The notes: generated from the sequence alone by a model not told the origin. 64,000 nucleotides of DNA from Azolla caroliniana (GCA_043228905.1 JBHGNT010000008.1:2852001-2916000); one strand, 5' to 3'. Positions 1-11,700 are shown, counted from the first letter of the stretch. Numbers and translations are program-made.

Positions 1-1846
1 TGATCAAAGAAATCGACACAGAGGTCATAATGGCAGAGGCGATTCGAGCGTTAACAGGCCTTCCGGAGGGAGGCATACTCACAATCGACAATCCAACCCC
101 GGAGCAACTCATCAGGTATTTTGGTGAGTACTCTCTACCTAGCAAGGGCTACCGTACACAGGGCGGCGGAGATATGTTGTTCCGCGAGATTGCTCGTGTG
201 CTCCACGAATACGGCCACGTGTACCTTAGACCCCCTGTCATGCCGCAGAACCGGGCAGGGATGATCATCGCCACCTATGAAGGGATCAAGGTGGATTGGC
301 CAGTATTGATCGCAAATGGGTTGTGTGCGGCGATCGAGATCGTCAGAGGCAAAGACGACAAAGAAGGCCGAGACGGATGGAGGATATGGCACGCCGTAAC
401 GCAGTGGCTCACCTTGCTTGTGCCACCCGTCCAACCCAAGAAGCGAGGAAGAGTGGCAGACGGCACCCCAAAGACGGCTTCCAAACGACAATAGTTGTTG
501 GCCTCTAAGGCCAGTAAGGGAAAGGCGGCGGATGCAGAATAGGCGGCAACTGAAAGTGCCCAACGGAGGGAGGAGGAACCACCGGCACGGCCCGTAAAGG
601 TTACACTCCGCCGACCAGTGTATAGAGAAGCGGACCCCTTGGCGGCAAAACTCAATGCCGGGGCTCAGGAAGAGGAAATAGAGGAGGAGCCTACGGAGCA
701 CCTCCAGCGACGGTCGTCGGCAAGGACCATTGAGGCAGCCGGGAAACGTTCAGACCCTCAGACGGAGGAGGCACCGGCTCACCATAGTGAGACTCCCACG
801 CCAAGGAAGGAACCGGAACCGGTACGCATGGCACCGGAATCAGAAGCCCTGGCACCACCAGCAACACCGGCAAGTCCCATCCCGCCAGAGCCGGAAAGGT
901 CAATGCAGCCTCCCTCGGCCAGCCAAGAAGAAGCGCAAGGGGAACTAGGACAGCAGGGTGGTCCATGGGTAGAAATGGAACTACAACTTGGCGCAACCAG
1001 GCGGGACTACCCCTCTACAAGTGAGCCCATCTGTCAAACCTTCGTGCAAGCACAACAAGGCACCGGTAGCCTATGGCTCCGGTGGATAGGCGAACAGATA
1101 GCCGGAGCAGTGGGGTATATTGAGGCGGAAGAAAGAGCGCAAAGCGAACGGTTGCTCGCCACAACCGAACAACTAGAGACGGCCCAGTCCAGAATCCGGT
1201 GCCTTGAAAAAGACTTGGATCAGGTCACGACAGAGATGGCCAAAATGGCCTTAACGGCAACACAGATCCAATCACCGGTGACTTCGGTAAGTGTACAGAA
1301 TAAAGAAACGGATCGACTTGTACATAGCAATAAGACCCCGGCAATGGAAACCGTTCCGGCGAGAGATGCGGCGCAAACCCAGGAGCTTGCGGAATTGAGA
1401 GACGAACTTGCCGCACAAGAAGCGCTAAGGAGCCGTGAACGAGAATTGAAGACAGCGACCGAAGCCGAATTAAAGAAGACTGCTGAGAACCTCCGTCGGG
1501 CAGAGGAGAGCCTCCGGAAAGGCCATTAAGCGTACGACTGGCTAAAGGAGGAGAAAGACAAAGTGCTGCAGGAAAAGGACAAGCTGCGGAAAACGGCGGA
1601 AACAGAGATTGAACGGCTAAAGGAAGAGCTCCGCCAGCAGAAGGACCACGAGGACTGGGCCCGTCGTCAGATCAACGCACGGCTCAAGCAAAAGACAGAT
1701 GATTTTGAGCACCTGCACCGGGACTACAAACGGCTAGAAACGGAGCATAAAGAACGGATGGTCGAGCTCCAACAAGCAGTTGATCGGACCGTGACGGCGA
1801 TCGCCGACGAACGTGCGGAAAATACAAGACGCTTGGACGAGGCGGA

Positions 1847-1938
1847 TGTTGGAGACAAGGCCGTCAATGCGGAAGATCAAACACCATTCGATTCGTGTTG
1901 AATACCTGCGTATGACAGTTTCTAAGGTCGTGCACAGA

Positions 1939-1990
<52 letters not shown>

Positions 1991-2170
1991 AAAGAGTCTT
2001 TCTATTCCATAAGACAATAATACAACCAACCTTACAAAAAGGTTACAAGGTCACTATATATAGTGACCGACTTAGGGCAACTACCATTTATGCTAATTAC
2101 ACAAATGGCCCAAACTTGATCTATACAAAGGGATAGTGTGAATACGTCCATTATACACTTGTATTCGACA
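1847..2170 (-). repeat. 3' LTR of young copia (324 bp, contains (GA)23)
   Basis: Direct repeat of 7110-7431; followed by CTCCCCC (PPT on the minus strand). Confidence 0.95.
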
Positions 2171-2363
2171 CTCCCCCGTAATGGGCGTATACATGGGTTA
2201 TCTAAGATTACAGGTATAAACCTAGGTTCTCGGACATATCAGTTTTGTTCGAGTCGGCAGGGTCCGAAGGCAGAAGACCGGACTGGTCGGGTCGGAAGAG
2301 TTGAAGTCGATCGTTAAGGAACTGATGTCGGTTGTCGGAAGCCATCCTGCGCTGTGTCCTGCT

Positions 2364-5300
2364 CTAACCGGACTGGTTTGTCGTTACGCCCATCTGATGC
2401 CGAAGGGACCGAAAGCGGTCTGCCGAAAGACACTTGGTCATTCCATCTGCGACATTGTCGGTTGTGGATATTTTCTCTAGACCGATTTTCCCTGAAATGA
2501 CGCAGTCCCGAACGAAGTGATATCGAACGTCGATATGTTTGGAGGCGTTGTGGTGAACCGGATTTCTCGACAAGGCAACAGCACCTTGACTGTCGCTATA
2601 GACAACTGGAGCCGAGTCATGGTCGACTTGCCGAAACGTGTGCGCCAGCCGGCCGAGCCACAAAGCTTCTTTTGCAGCGTCGGACGCAGCTACATATTCT
2701 GCTTCGGTCGTTGAGGTCGCTGTGCACTCCTGAAGTTTCAACTTCCACGAAATTGCTCCATTGCCGAATTTGAAGCAGTATCCGGTTGTTGATTTCCGAC
2801 TTTCTATACAGCCGGCGAAGTCCGAGTCGGTGTAACCGACTACGCCTGAGGTTGAGTTCGGACCGAAAAGAATGCCGTGATCTTTTGTGCCAGCCAGATA
2901 TTTGAACACATGCTTGACTGCGTTCCAATGCGATCGGCCAGGATTGTGCATAAATCTGCTAACGACTCCTACGACATGAGAGATATCAGGCCGTGTCGCG
3001 ACCATCAGGTACATAAGGGAGCCGACTGCCGGTGCATACGGTACCGACTTCATATCTTCCCCCTCCGGACCGGATGTCGGGCAGTCTCGCTGAGAGAGCC
3101 GAAGATTCATGGGGAGCGGGGTTGAAGCAGATTTGGCTGATTGCATGTTGAAGCGTTCCAAGACACGTCCGATATAGTCGGTCTGAGACAAAAAAAGATG
3201 TCGTTTATCGCGATGCCGACTAATCTTCATGCCAAGTATGTGTCGTGCCGGACCGAGGTCCTTCATGGCAAACTTCAACCGCAGTTGCCGAATGAGATCG
3301 GCAAGTTCGCCCGCGTGGCGTCCAGAAATTAGCATGTCGTCCACGTAAATGATGAGGAAGATGGGTGATCCATCTTGAGCTGTGTTGGTAAAAAGACAAT
3401 GGTCCTCATCGCTTTTTGAGAAGCCGATCGATTGGATGAAGTCGTCGAACTTCTTGTACCATTGTCGCGGTGCCTGTTTGAGGCCGTATAGACTCTTCCT
3501 GAGTCGGCAGACTAGATGTTCTTGGCCAGTTGCCACGAAGCCTTTTGGCTGCTCCATATAAATTTCCTCTTCAAGATCACCATGGAGGAAGGCTGTTTTG
3601 ACATCTAGCTGAATCAGCTCCAAGTTGTCGGCTGCCACTACGCCGAGTAGAAAACGAAGGGTTGTCATTTTCACCACTGGTGAAAAAATCTCGTCGAAGT
3701 CGACGCCATATTCTTGTCGGAAGCCCTTCGCAACTAATCTGGCCTTGTACTTTGGGGTGGTCGAATCAGACGTCTCTTTTAGTCGATAAACCCACTTGCA
3801 AGGAAGAGCACGTCGATTCTTAGGTAATTCGACCAGATCCCAAGTCTTGTTTGCCCGAATGGAGTGCATTTCCGACTCCATCGCCAGATGCCAGGTGGCT
3901 GAATCGACAAATGTCGATGCTTCTTCGTAAGACGTCGGTTCGCCGGCGTCGGTGAAGAAAATTCCAGGAGAATACCTCTCCGGAGGTTGCGACAGTCTCT
4001 CGGATCGTCGAGGTATGATTGGACTGGTCGTATCGGGTATCGAGGTCGGATGGTCCGAAAGCGAATGATTCTGCTGTGCCGAGTCGGAGTTGTCCGAGTC
4101 GGTAGTGGAAGGTTCAGCTACCCGTGAAGCTGACCGTGTGTTAAGAGCGGGGCCTTCTTGAAGGGTCGGCACATCGGAAAATGTTACCCTTCGGACTTCG
4201 ATCGGTTTTTCGACTGATGGATTCATAGCCGACTCGTTGAACACAACGTCCGAACTTCGAACGATTTGTCTGCGTTCGGGGTCCCAGAGTCGGTATCCCA
4301 TTTCGCCGTCTGATCCATATCCAAGGAAAATGCATTTCCTGGACCGAGGTGCAAGTTTTCGGCGATCATCTTTCGGAATAAGGGCGTACGCCTCGCATCC
4401 GAAGATCCTCAGCTTGTCGTAATTCGGCTTACTGCCGATCCATAGTTCCTGAGGAATTTGAAGTCCTAGAGGTCTGCTTGGCGACATATTGATTATGTGT
4501 ACTGCCGTGAGTAGAGCCTCTGCCCAGAAGCCATCCGACAGTCCGGAGTGTTGGAGCATGGAAACTATCCGTTCTTGGATTGTCCGATTCATGCGTTCTG
4601 CAATCCCGTTTTGCTCCGGACTGTGTGGTGCCGTAAATTCACGTCGGATGCCGCGTTGTCGGCAGAATTTGACGAATTCTTCTGATTTGAACTCTCCCCC
4701 ATTGTCGGTCCGAAAGCATTTCAGTTTTCGGTCAGTTTGATTTTCTACCATAGCGAGCCAATCGGAGAAGATCGAGAAGACACGATCTTTGGTGCGAATT
4801 GGATAAGCCCACACCTTTCGAGTCGAATCGTCAATAAAACTGACGAAGTAAGAGGCACCGCCGAGAGACTGATGCGGCATTGGGCCACAGACGTCCGAGT
4901 GGACTAAATCGAGAGGTCTCGTTTCTCTTGGTGCTGATGTCGGGTGTGATGCGGCTGCTTGTTTGCCATATTGGCAATGTTCGCAGAATTGATGGTCCGA
5001 GAAGGAGAGTTTAGGGATGTATCCGGCTCTAGATAGATGCGTAATGCCGGCCTTGCTGAGGTGTCCTAATCTTCTGTGCCATAGTGATGACACAGGTATA
5101 TCCACCAAAAACAGGTTACCGTCTCTGAGCGTAACATGTAACGGATACAATGAGTGTATCTTGGGTCCTCTAGCAAGCAGGAGGTTCCCCCTGTGGAGTG
5201 TCCACCCTCCCGAAGAAAAACCGGCACGAATGCCGTCTTCATCTAGTTGTCCGACTGAGATCAATGGTCTTGAGAGCTCGGGTACATGTCGGACATTGTG

Positions 5301-6398
5301 AAGTACAAGTGTAGAGCCACCTGCAAGGTTGAGCTCTACTGTGCCGATTCCAATGATGTCACAGTGTTGCGAGTTGCCGACTCGAACTGAGTCGGAGTGA
5401 CGGATCGTATATTGCCGAAATTGGGATCGATGAGGAGTCACGTGAAATGACGCGCCCGAATCTAAGAGCCATGTGCTCGATTCTTCAGTCGTGAGCAGAA
5501 CTTCTGATCCGACTGGATTTTCGATTGATAGTATATTCGGGTCGTTTGGTAGCACATCAGCTGAGAAGCTGACGTAATTGATCTCCTCATGCCGGCCACT
5601 CTTCTTGTCTGATTTCTGAGACTTGTCGTTCTTGTTCTTGAGTGCGCGGCAGTCGGCTTTGATGTGTCCGGGTTTCTTGCAATAGTTGCAGATTCGATTA
5701 TCCCGTGACTGGCTCCATCTTCGTTGATTGTTCGGCTGCCGTGAGGAATCTCTTCCTCGTATGTTCGATCGGTCTGTCGAACCTTGTACTATGTAAGCGT
5801 CATCTGTTGAGTCTTTGGCGAAAGACTTTCTCCGAGCTGCTTCGGTCAGGATTGCGCTCGTGATTTCGGAGTATTTAACAGCCGTGGTTGACGCGTTGCA
5901 CACGGTTGTGACGAAAGTTTCCCATGATGAGGGAAGGCTGCTCATGAGTATCATTGCTCTGAGTTCATCCTCGATTGCCGTTCCCTGAGATGAGATTTGG
6001 GAGCTTATGCTTTCGTACTCATTGAGATGTGCTTGAACCGAATCGGATTCTTTCATCCGCAAGTTGTAGAGGCGCCGGATCAGAAACATCTTCGTTGCGG
6101 CGACCTTCTTTTCGTAAGTGTCCGGCAGTGTTTTCCACAGTTCGAATGCTGTCGTACACGATTGCACCGTAAAGTATACCGATTCCGATAGGTGCATCCG
6201 AATCGTGGCGCGGACGATTCTGTCCAGCTTCTGCCACTCAATTGGTTTGTATCCTTCTGGAGGTTCTTCATTTTCGATGGGATCGATTTGCCCCTTGACT
6301 ATGAGATAGTCCTGCATTTGCCCCTTCCAGAAGTTGAAGTTCGATCCATCGAACTTTCGTAGACTCATTTCTGACGAGCCGGATGTTGATGTCATCAA
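2364..6398 (-). CDS. Copia gag-pol polyprotein (Gag, zinc knuckle, protease, integrase, RT, RNase H)
   Basis: CNYCKKPGHIKADC knuckle; WLLDSGAS protease; LWHRRLGH and HSDVCGP/RTDNGGEF/NGIAERMN integrase; YKARLVAKG, QLDVKTAFLHG, LYGLKQAPRQW, YVDD RT; YTDSDFAG, TEAEYVA, HIDVRYHF RNase H. Integrase precedes RT. Confidence 0.97.
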   Translation of the reverse strand: MMTSTSGSSEMSLRKFDGSNFNFWKGQMQDYLIVKGQIDPIENEEPPEGYKPIEWQKLDRIVRATIRMHLSESVYFTVQSCTTAFELWKTLPDTYEKKVAATKMFLIRRLYNLRMKESDSVQAHLNEYESISSQISSQGTAIEDELRAMILMSSLPSSWETFVTTVCNASTTAVKYSEITSAILTEAARRKSFAKDSTDDAYIVQGSTDRSNIRGRDSSRQPNNQRRWSQSRDNRICNYCKKPGHIKADCRALKNKNDKSQKSDKKSGRHEEINYVSFSADVLPNDPNILSIENPVGSEVLLTTEESSTWLLDSGASFHVTPHRSQFRQYTIRHSDSVRVGNSQHCDIIGIGTVELNLAGGSTLVLHNVRHVPELSRPLISVGQLDEDGIRAGFSSGGWTLHRGNLLLARGPKIHSLYPLHVTLRDGNLFLVDIPVSSLWHRRLGHLSKAGITHLSRAGYIPKLSFSDHQFCEHCQYGKQAAASHPTSAPRETRPLDLVHSDVCGPMPHQSLGGASYFVSFIDDSTRKVWAYPIRTKDRVFSIFSDWLAMVENQTDRKLKCFRTDNGGEFKSEEFVKFCRQRGIRREFTAPHSPEQNGIAERMNRTIQERIVSMLQHSGLSDGFWAEALLTAVHIINMSPSRPLGLQIPQELWIGSKPNYDKLRIFGCEAYALIPKDDRRKLAPRSRKCIFLGYGSDGEMGYRLWDPERRQIVRSSDVVFNESAMNPSVEKPIEVRRVTFSDVPTLQEGPALNTRSASRVAEPSTTDSDNSDSAQQNHSLSDHPTSIPDTTSPIIPRRSERLSQPPERYSPGIFFTDAGEPTSYEEASTFVDSATWHLAMESEMHSIRANKTWDLVELPKNRRALPCKWVYRLKETSDSTTPKYKARLVAKGFRQEYGVDFDEIFSPVVKMTTLRFLLGVVAADNLELIQLDVKTAFLHGDLEEEIYMEQPKGFVATGQEHLVCRLRKSLYGLKQAPRQWYKKFDDFIQSIGFSKSDEDHCLFTNTAQDGSPIFLIIYVDDMLISGRHAGELADLIRQLRLKFAMKDLGPARHILGMKISRHRDKRHLFLSQTDYIGRVLERFNMQSAKSASTPLPMNLRLSQRDCPTSGPEGEDMKSVPYAPAVGSLMYLMVATRPDISHVVGVVSRFMHNPGRSHWNAVKHVFKYLAGTKDHGILFGPNSTSGVVGYTDSDFAGCIESRKSTTGYCFKFGNGAISWKLKLQECTATSTTEAEYVAASDAAKEALWLGRLAHTFRQVDHDSAPVVYSDSQGAVALSRNPVHHNASKHIDVRYHFVRDCVISGKIGLEKISTTDNVADGMTKCLSADRFRSLRHQMGVTTNQSG

Positions 6399-7095
6399 AT
6401 TTGGTTTCGGTTGACTAAGCTCGGTTCGGAGTTGACTACGAACCTTGTTGGAGTGCAGCCGGTTGGCTCACCCGATATCGTTCTAGTCGGATTCGAACCC
6501 GAGTCGGTTCGGCTTAGGATATATGTATTGTTGAACTTGCTCGAATTGACTCCGGTAACTTGAGGGACAGAACCGACTGGTCTTCCCGAATGTTGCCGAG
6601 TCGGAGTGAGCCCGGTTCGCTTCCGAATATATATGCCAAGTACCGATTATTGAAACCGATTGTCTGGACCGATTCTGCTTCGGGTGACTGCAACGACGAG
6701 AGAGACGGATCCAACTGATCCTCCCGAATGTCGATCAGCCGGATGAAGCACGAATTGGGGTTGTTGTCTTGAGACCGATCTGCACCAAGTGGTTACAATG
6801 AGCGGCGAGCAGCGTTTGATGACCTCTTCGGATGCCGTTTAACCGAGTGGAGCACGATCGTGTCAATGTTGCACAAGGGGATTTCACCTCGAGCGGTTAC
6901 GATCACAAGGAACAGAGTACAACCGGCTGGCTTACTCCAAGCGAAGATGATCTAACGCGATGAGATGCAAGCCTCGTTTTTCTTCTTCTTCTCTCTTCTT
7001 CGAATGACGCGAATACTGTGCAGGCTGTGATGAAGCGAAGAACCGAATGTTGTGCAGGCTGAGACGACGGCCGACAGCGGGTGTTGAGGAACCTA

Positions 7096-7107
7096 GCTCT
7101 GATACCA
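7096..7107 (-). promoter_or_regulatory. Primer-binding site, tRNA-iMet
   Basis: TGGTATCAGAGC on the minus strand, 2 nt from the LTR. Confidence 0.92.
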
Positions 7108-7109
7108 GA

Positions 7110-7201
7110 TGTTGGAGACAAGGCCGTCAATGCGGAAGATCAAACACCATTCGATTCGTGTTGAATACCTGCGTATGACAGTTTCTAAGGTCGTGCACAG
7201 A

Positions 7202-7251
<50 letters not shown>

Positions 7252-7431
7252 AAAGAGTCTTTCTATTCCATAAGACAATAATACAACCAACCTTACAAAA
7301 AGGTTACAAGGTCACTATATATAGTGACCGACTTAGGGCAACTACCATTTATGCTAATTACACAAATGGCCCAAACTTGATCTATACAAAGGGATAGTGT
7401 GAATACGTCCATTATACACTTGTATTCGACA
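7110..7431 (-). repeat. 5' LTR of young copia (322 bp, contains (GA)22)
   Basis: Direct repeat of 1847-2170, adjacent to the PBS. Confidence 0.95.
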
Positions 7432-8261
7432 GCGGAGAAGGTTCGGATGGAGCTCCAGAGGCAGCAGCAGGAAGACAAAGACAGAGCGTCAACAATATTG
7501 CAGAAATTACAAAGCACATATCAAAGGCAATTAACGCATTACAAGGCGCAGGCGGAGGACAACGTCAAAATCATCAAACAACTGAAGGAGGAACGACAAG
7601 CGGCGGAAACCAAATCGCAAATTGGAACGAGCCGGATTCAGTCCATCCTCCGGGCATGGCTGAATCAGACAAAACACTTGATTGTTGAAAGCTCCGTAAA
7701 ATGGTGGACAAAGTGGGCACAAAACGCGGCGGAACTCCAGTTGCTACGGGCAGATGTGGCAAACCGACGGAAGGAAGGAGATGATTGTTATACGTTGACT
7801 TCTAAGGACTTCACCGCCATACGGGACGAGCTGGCCGATGACTTCCAAGTCCTGGCAGATGAACAGCTGGCGCAGGTCAGGCAGCTCGTAGCTCAGCTAG
7901 ACGATGATAGGCTGGATGCTCAAATTCAGTTTGAAAGCTACGAGCGGTCCCGAGTTTGAGAAGAAAAAGCAAGGGAAGTGGCAACGGTTAACCTTAGTGA
8001 TGAGGAACCATCACCGAATGAGGGCCAGCCCGGAACCAGTCAACCGGAGACCACTACGACGCAGGGAGCAACGACGGAGACGCCGGTGTCAGAGCAACAA
8101 ACGGAGGAGCAGCCGCAGTAGCCACCAACGGACCCGCCGCAACATCAGCAACAACAACAACCACTTCCAGATGAACCAGTGGAGCCTCTCGAACAAAGCA
8201 TTCTGGATATTTTGGACGAAGAATAGCAAGGGTCGGTTGTGGATTCGACGTACAAGGTACT

Positions 8262-8278
8262 GTCCCACGGGCCTGCCA
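8262..8278 (-). promoter_or_regulatory. Primer-binding site, tRNA-Arg-like
   Basis: Minus strand reads TGGCAGGCCCGTGGGAC, 2 nt from the LTR end, close to the plant tRNA-Arg 3' complement (TGGCACRCCCGGTGGGAC-like) as recalled, not aligned. Confidence 0.5.
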
Positions 8279-8280
8279 TG

Positions 8281-8715
8281 TGTTACCGGCCGGCAAAGGA
8301 GTCTAGAGTGGGAAACGGAGAGTTATTTAAGTAGTAGGAATGTGGTTGTAATTAAGCTATGAGTGTGGACGGACGGACCGGAATCGGTATGTCGTTCCGG
8401 ATCCGGACCGATCCCGAACAGGTGCGGATGGCACCGTTTTGTAATACAGACCGGAAACCTATTTAAAGGCCTGGATACAATGTAATAGATAGCGGTTAAT
8501 TAATAGAAGCTTAGCGTTGTTATCTTTCTCTGTTAATTGTCGTTCTGTCTTAATTGTTATATTTTACGCATGTAATTATGAAAGACGATCATGCTAAGTA
8601 ACTTAATTAAGTCGGATTAAGCGTTGAGTCTAATCTGGTTGCCGTAACACCCTTTGGTGAAGTGTCTTCCGTAGACACCCTGTGTTAGGCCATTGTCCGG
8701 CCCGAAGAGTTAACA
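8281..8715 (-). repeat. Putative 5' LTR of the gypsy-like element
   Basis: Inverted termini TGTTA/TAACA, TATA-like CCTATTTAAAGG at ~8458-8469, abrupt switch to copia 3' sequence after 8715. Confidence 0.6.
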
Positions 8716-11700
8716 CATGTGCTTCGGCTTGCGTCTTTCTTCACAGCTTTTGCGCGGTTGCGGAATCTACGCGTTATTGCGATTGCGTAGTGTCTTGTGT
8801 ACTCCCCCTCAAGCTTGGCAAGTCATGAATCATCAATCCGAGATCGGTCATGAATTGCCATAGCTTGTCGGCTCCTAAAGCTTTAGTGAAGATGTCGGTC
8901 GTTTGAAGATTGGTGCTAATGTGTTGTAGGTCAACATCACCAACTAGAATGCGCTCCCGGATGAAGTGATACTGCACTTCGATGTGCTTTGTCCACGCGT
9001 GGAACACCGGGTTTTGAGCCAAATAAATACTGCTCATGTTGTCGCAGTAAAGGGGAGTCAGATCCTTGATGGGAACGCCCAGATCCTTCAAAATCCTCTT
9101 GAGCCATATGGCTTCACATGCAACTACGGTTGCGCCCCTATATTCTACCTTCGTACTCAAAAGAGCGACGGTAGGCTGCTTCTTGCTACTCCAGGATATT
9201 GCTCCACTACCGAGGGAGAAAACAAATCCAGAGGTTGATCTTTTATCGGCTTTGTAGCCGGCCCAATCGGCGTCGGTGTACCCCTCGAGTCGTATTGGCA
9301 TCGCGGTCTTGTAGAGGATCCCGCAATCCATTGTGCCGCTCACATATCATAGAACTCGCTTAGCGCAATCCAAGTGAGTATCACGCGATGTTTGCATGAA
9401 TTGACTAAGGAGACCGACCGGATAATAGAGATCGGGTCAAGTGATTGTGAGGTAGATGAGACTCCCGATGAGTTGTTGATACTGAGTCGGCTCACACACT
9501 TTGGTGCCGGAGTTCGCATCTAGTTTGAGATTGCGATCGAGCGGGGTTGCCACGAATTTGCACTCAACCATCCCAAACTTGTATAACAAGTAGGATGTAG
9601 CGCCGTTGAGAGATCATGATTCCGGACGGAGTCCGAATTACCTCGATGCCGAGGAAGTAATGGAGCTCCTTCATGTCCGTCATCTCGAACTTGTCGGAAA
9701 GGAGGGATTTGACTTTATTGATTTCGACGAGATGCTCACCTCCAATGACTAGGTCATCCACATATAAGATGATGACGATAGGACTTGCGGAATCGCTTCG
9801 TATGTAGAGGGAGTTGTCCTATTTTGACATACGGAAGCTGATTTGATGAAGATAGTGCATTATCTTTGAATGCCAAGCACGTGGTGCTTGCTTGAGGCCG
9901 AAGAGGGGCTTCTTGAGTCGGCATACAGCTTTCAGATGGGTGCTTGAGTTGAAGCTGGGTGGTTGTATCATGTACACCTCCTCTTCTAATTCACCTTGTA
10001 GAAAGGCGTTCTTGACGTCCATTTGATGGAGGTGCCACCCTTTCGCCGCAGCAAGCACAATTACGGTCCGCACCGTCGTCATCATTGCCACCGGGGCAAA
10101 GGTTTCCTTGTAGTCAACTCCGTGAGTTTGGGCGTAACCTTTCGCTACGAGTCACGCTTTGTAGCGGTTGACGGAACCGTCAGCGTTGTACTTCACTTTG
10201 TAAATCCATCTACATCCGATCGCCTTTTTGTGTGGTGAGGTGGGAACGAGATCCCACGTCTCGTTCTTGCGTAGTGCATGCATCTCCTCGTTCATGGCTT
10301 CAATCCATCGCGAATCCTTGGCTGCTTCGGAGAATGTTTCCGGCTCGCATACTGTCGTCACCTTCATCATAAAGGCATAGTGATATGCCATGTAGTCATT
10401 GTAGCCGAATCAGCTGACCAGATTCTTTTCACGGGTGGAGCGACGGAGCTTTTCATTTGCAGAGATGAGGGCTTTCTTAGCTTCGATTGGAACATCGAAG
10501 CTGCCGAACTCACTGTCGAGTGAGGGAGTCGACTCATCGTCTTCGTATTCCGACATTTTCGCCTTGCCTTTGTCCATCTTCGGGCTAGGTCGTGATGTGC
10601 TTTGATCGCTCAAAGGCTCTTGTGGTCCGCTCAGTCGAGTCGTGATCGGACTTTCTTCGAACATGTGCGTAAGGCGATCTTAATCCTCTATCTCTTGGTC
10701 GGCGGATTCCGGGTCGAGCGAAGTCGGAGTCAGAGTTGTCTCTGGTGTGTACCAGGATGCGAACTCGTCAAAAACTACGTCTCGACTTACTCGAGATTTA
10801 CGAGTTGAAGGGTTGTAGCACTTGTACCCCTTTTGCTCCAGTGAGTATCCTACGAGGATACATTTCTCTGACTTCGGGTCAAGCTTTTGACGCTTCTCGT
10901 CGGGGATGTGCACGTACGCTATCGCGCCGAATATCCGGGTGTGCGATAAGTCCGGCTTCTTTTCGAAGTATTTTTCGTGCGGAGTGACCTCGTGGATGTT
11001 AGATGTTGTGCACCGGTTCATTAGGTAGACGGCCGTGTTTGCAGCTTTGGCCCAATATGACTTGGGCATATGCTTCTCGTTCATCATGGCCCGCGCTACT
11101 TCGAGGATGTGCCGATTTTTGCGCTTGGCTACTCCGTTTTGTTGCGGAGTGTGTCGGCAAGTGAATTCTCGCCGAATTCCTTCCTTTCGGAGATATGCCG
11201 GGAAATCGTCCGAGAAGTACTCCTTGCCGCCATCCAATCGAAGACAACGTACATGTTGACCCGTGGCTTTCTCGACTTCATTCTTGAATGGTTGGAAGTG
11301 TCTGAACACTTCGCTCTTTTGCCGCATTCGGTAGATCCAAGTGTGCCTGGAAAAGTCGTTGATGAAGAGCATGTAATAGCGACATCCGCCGAATGTAGTT
11401 GTCTGCGTCGGTCCCCATACGTCGAAATGGACTACGTCAAGTAGACCTTTGCTCACGTTCCGCTCTTTCGAGAATGGGTGTCGGTGTTGCTTGCCGAATT
11501 GGCACGCTTCGCATACACCTTCAATCTCCTTCTCTTTGAATGTCGGGAGTTCGATGATGACTCCTTTCGATTTCATTGCTTTGAGTTTGTTGAGATTGAT
11601 GTGGCTGATTCGCTTGTGCCATAACTCTATGTCGGAGTCGGCTTTTATGCCCTTTGCGAACATGGCCGATTTCATCTCGTGTGAGTCGAGAACGAACATT

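Larger units (their letters stand above)
1847..7431 (-). mobile_element. Intact, very recent Ty1/copia LTR retrotransposon (Tnt1/Tto1-like)
   Basis: LTRs 1847-2170 and 7110-7431 (TG...CA), 5-bp TSD GCGGA (1842-1846, 7432-7436), iMet PBS, PPT, uninterrupted 1344-aa gag-pol. Confidence 0.97.
30..8226 (+). pseudogene. Long accessory ORF (~868 aa reconstructed; globular N-terminus, P/E-rich linker, long coiled coil, Q/P/E-rich tail) of an LTR retrotransposon, split by a copia insertion
   Basis: ORFs 30-494, 618-1529 and 1563-1846 share one frame. Removing 1847-7436 rejoins GAG GCG GA|G AAG GTT (..LDEA-EKVRMEL..) in frame with the 7399-7959 ORF, which continues to TAG at 8224-8226. The five internal stops (492, 540, 1527, 7957, 8119) are all TAG/TAA/TGA explainable as C>T, and there are no frameshifts. 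The frame is open to the window start. Confidence 0.8.
1..8715 (-). mobile_element. Probable Ty3/gypsy non-chromovirus (Tat/Ogre/Athila-type) LTR retrotransposon, 5' end only; gag-pol presumably lies left of the window
   Basis: TGTTA...TAACA-bounded 435-bp LTR-like segment at 8281-8715. Two nt inside it on the minus strand is TGGCAGGCCCGTGGGAC, resembling the tRNA-Arg-type PBS of Tat-clade elements. No pol domains are in the window. Confidence 0.55.

Noticed and set aside
7904-8362. 152-aa Arg-rich ORF
   Set aside because: Alternative frame of the tail of the long accessory ORF
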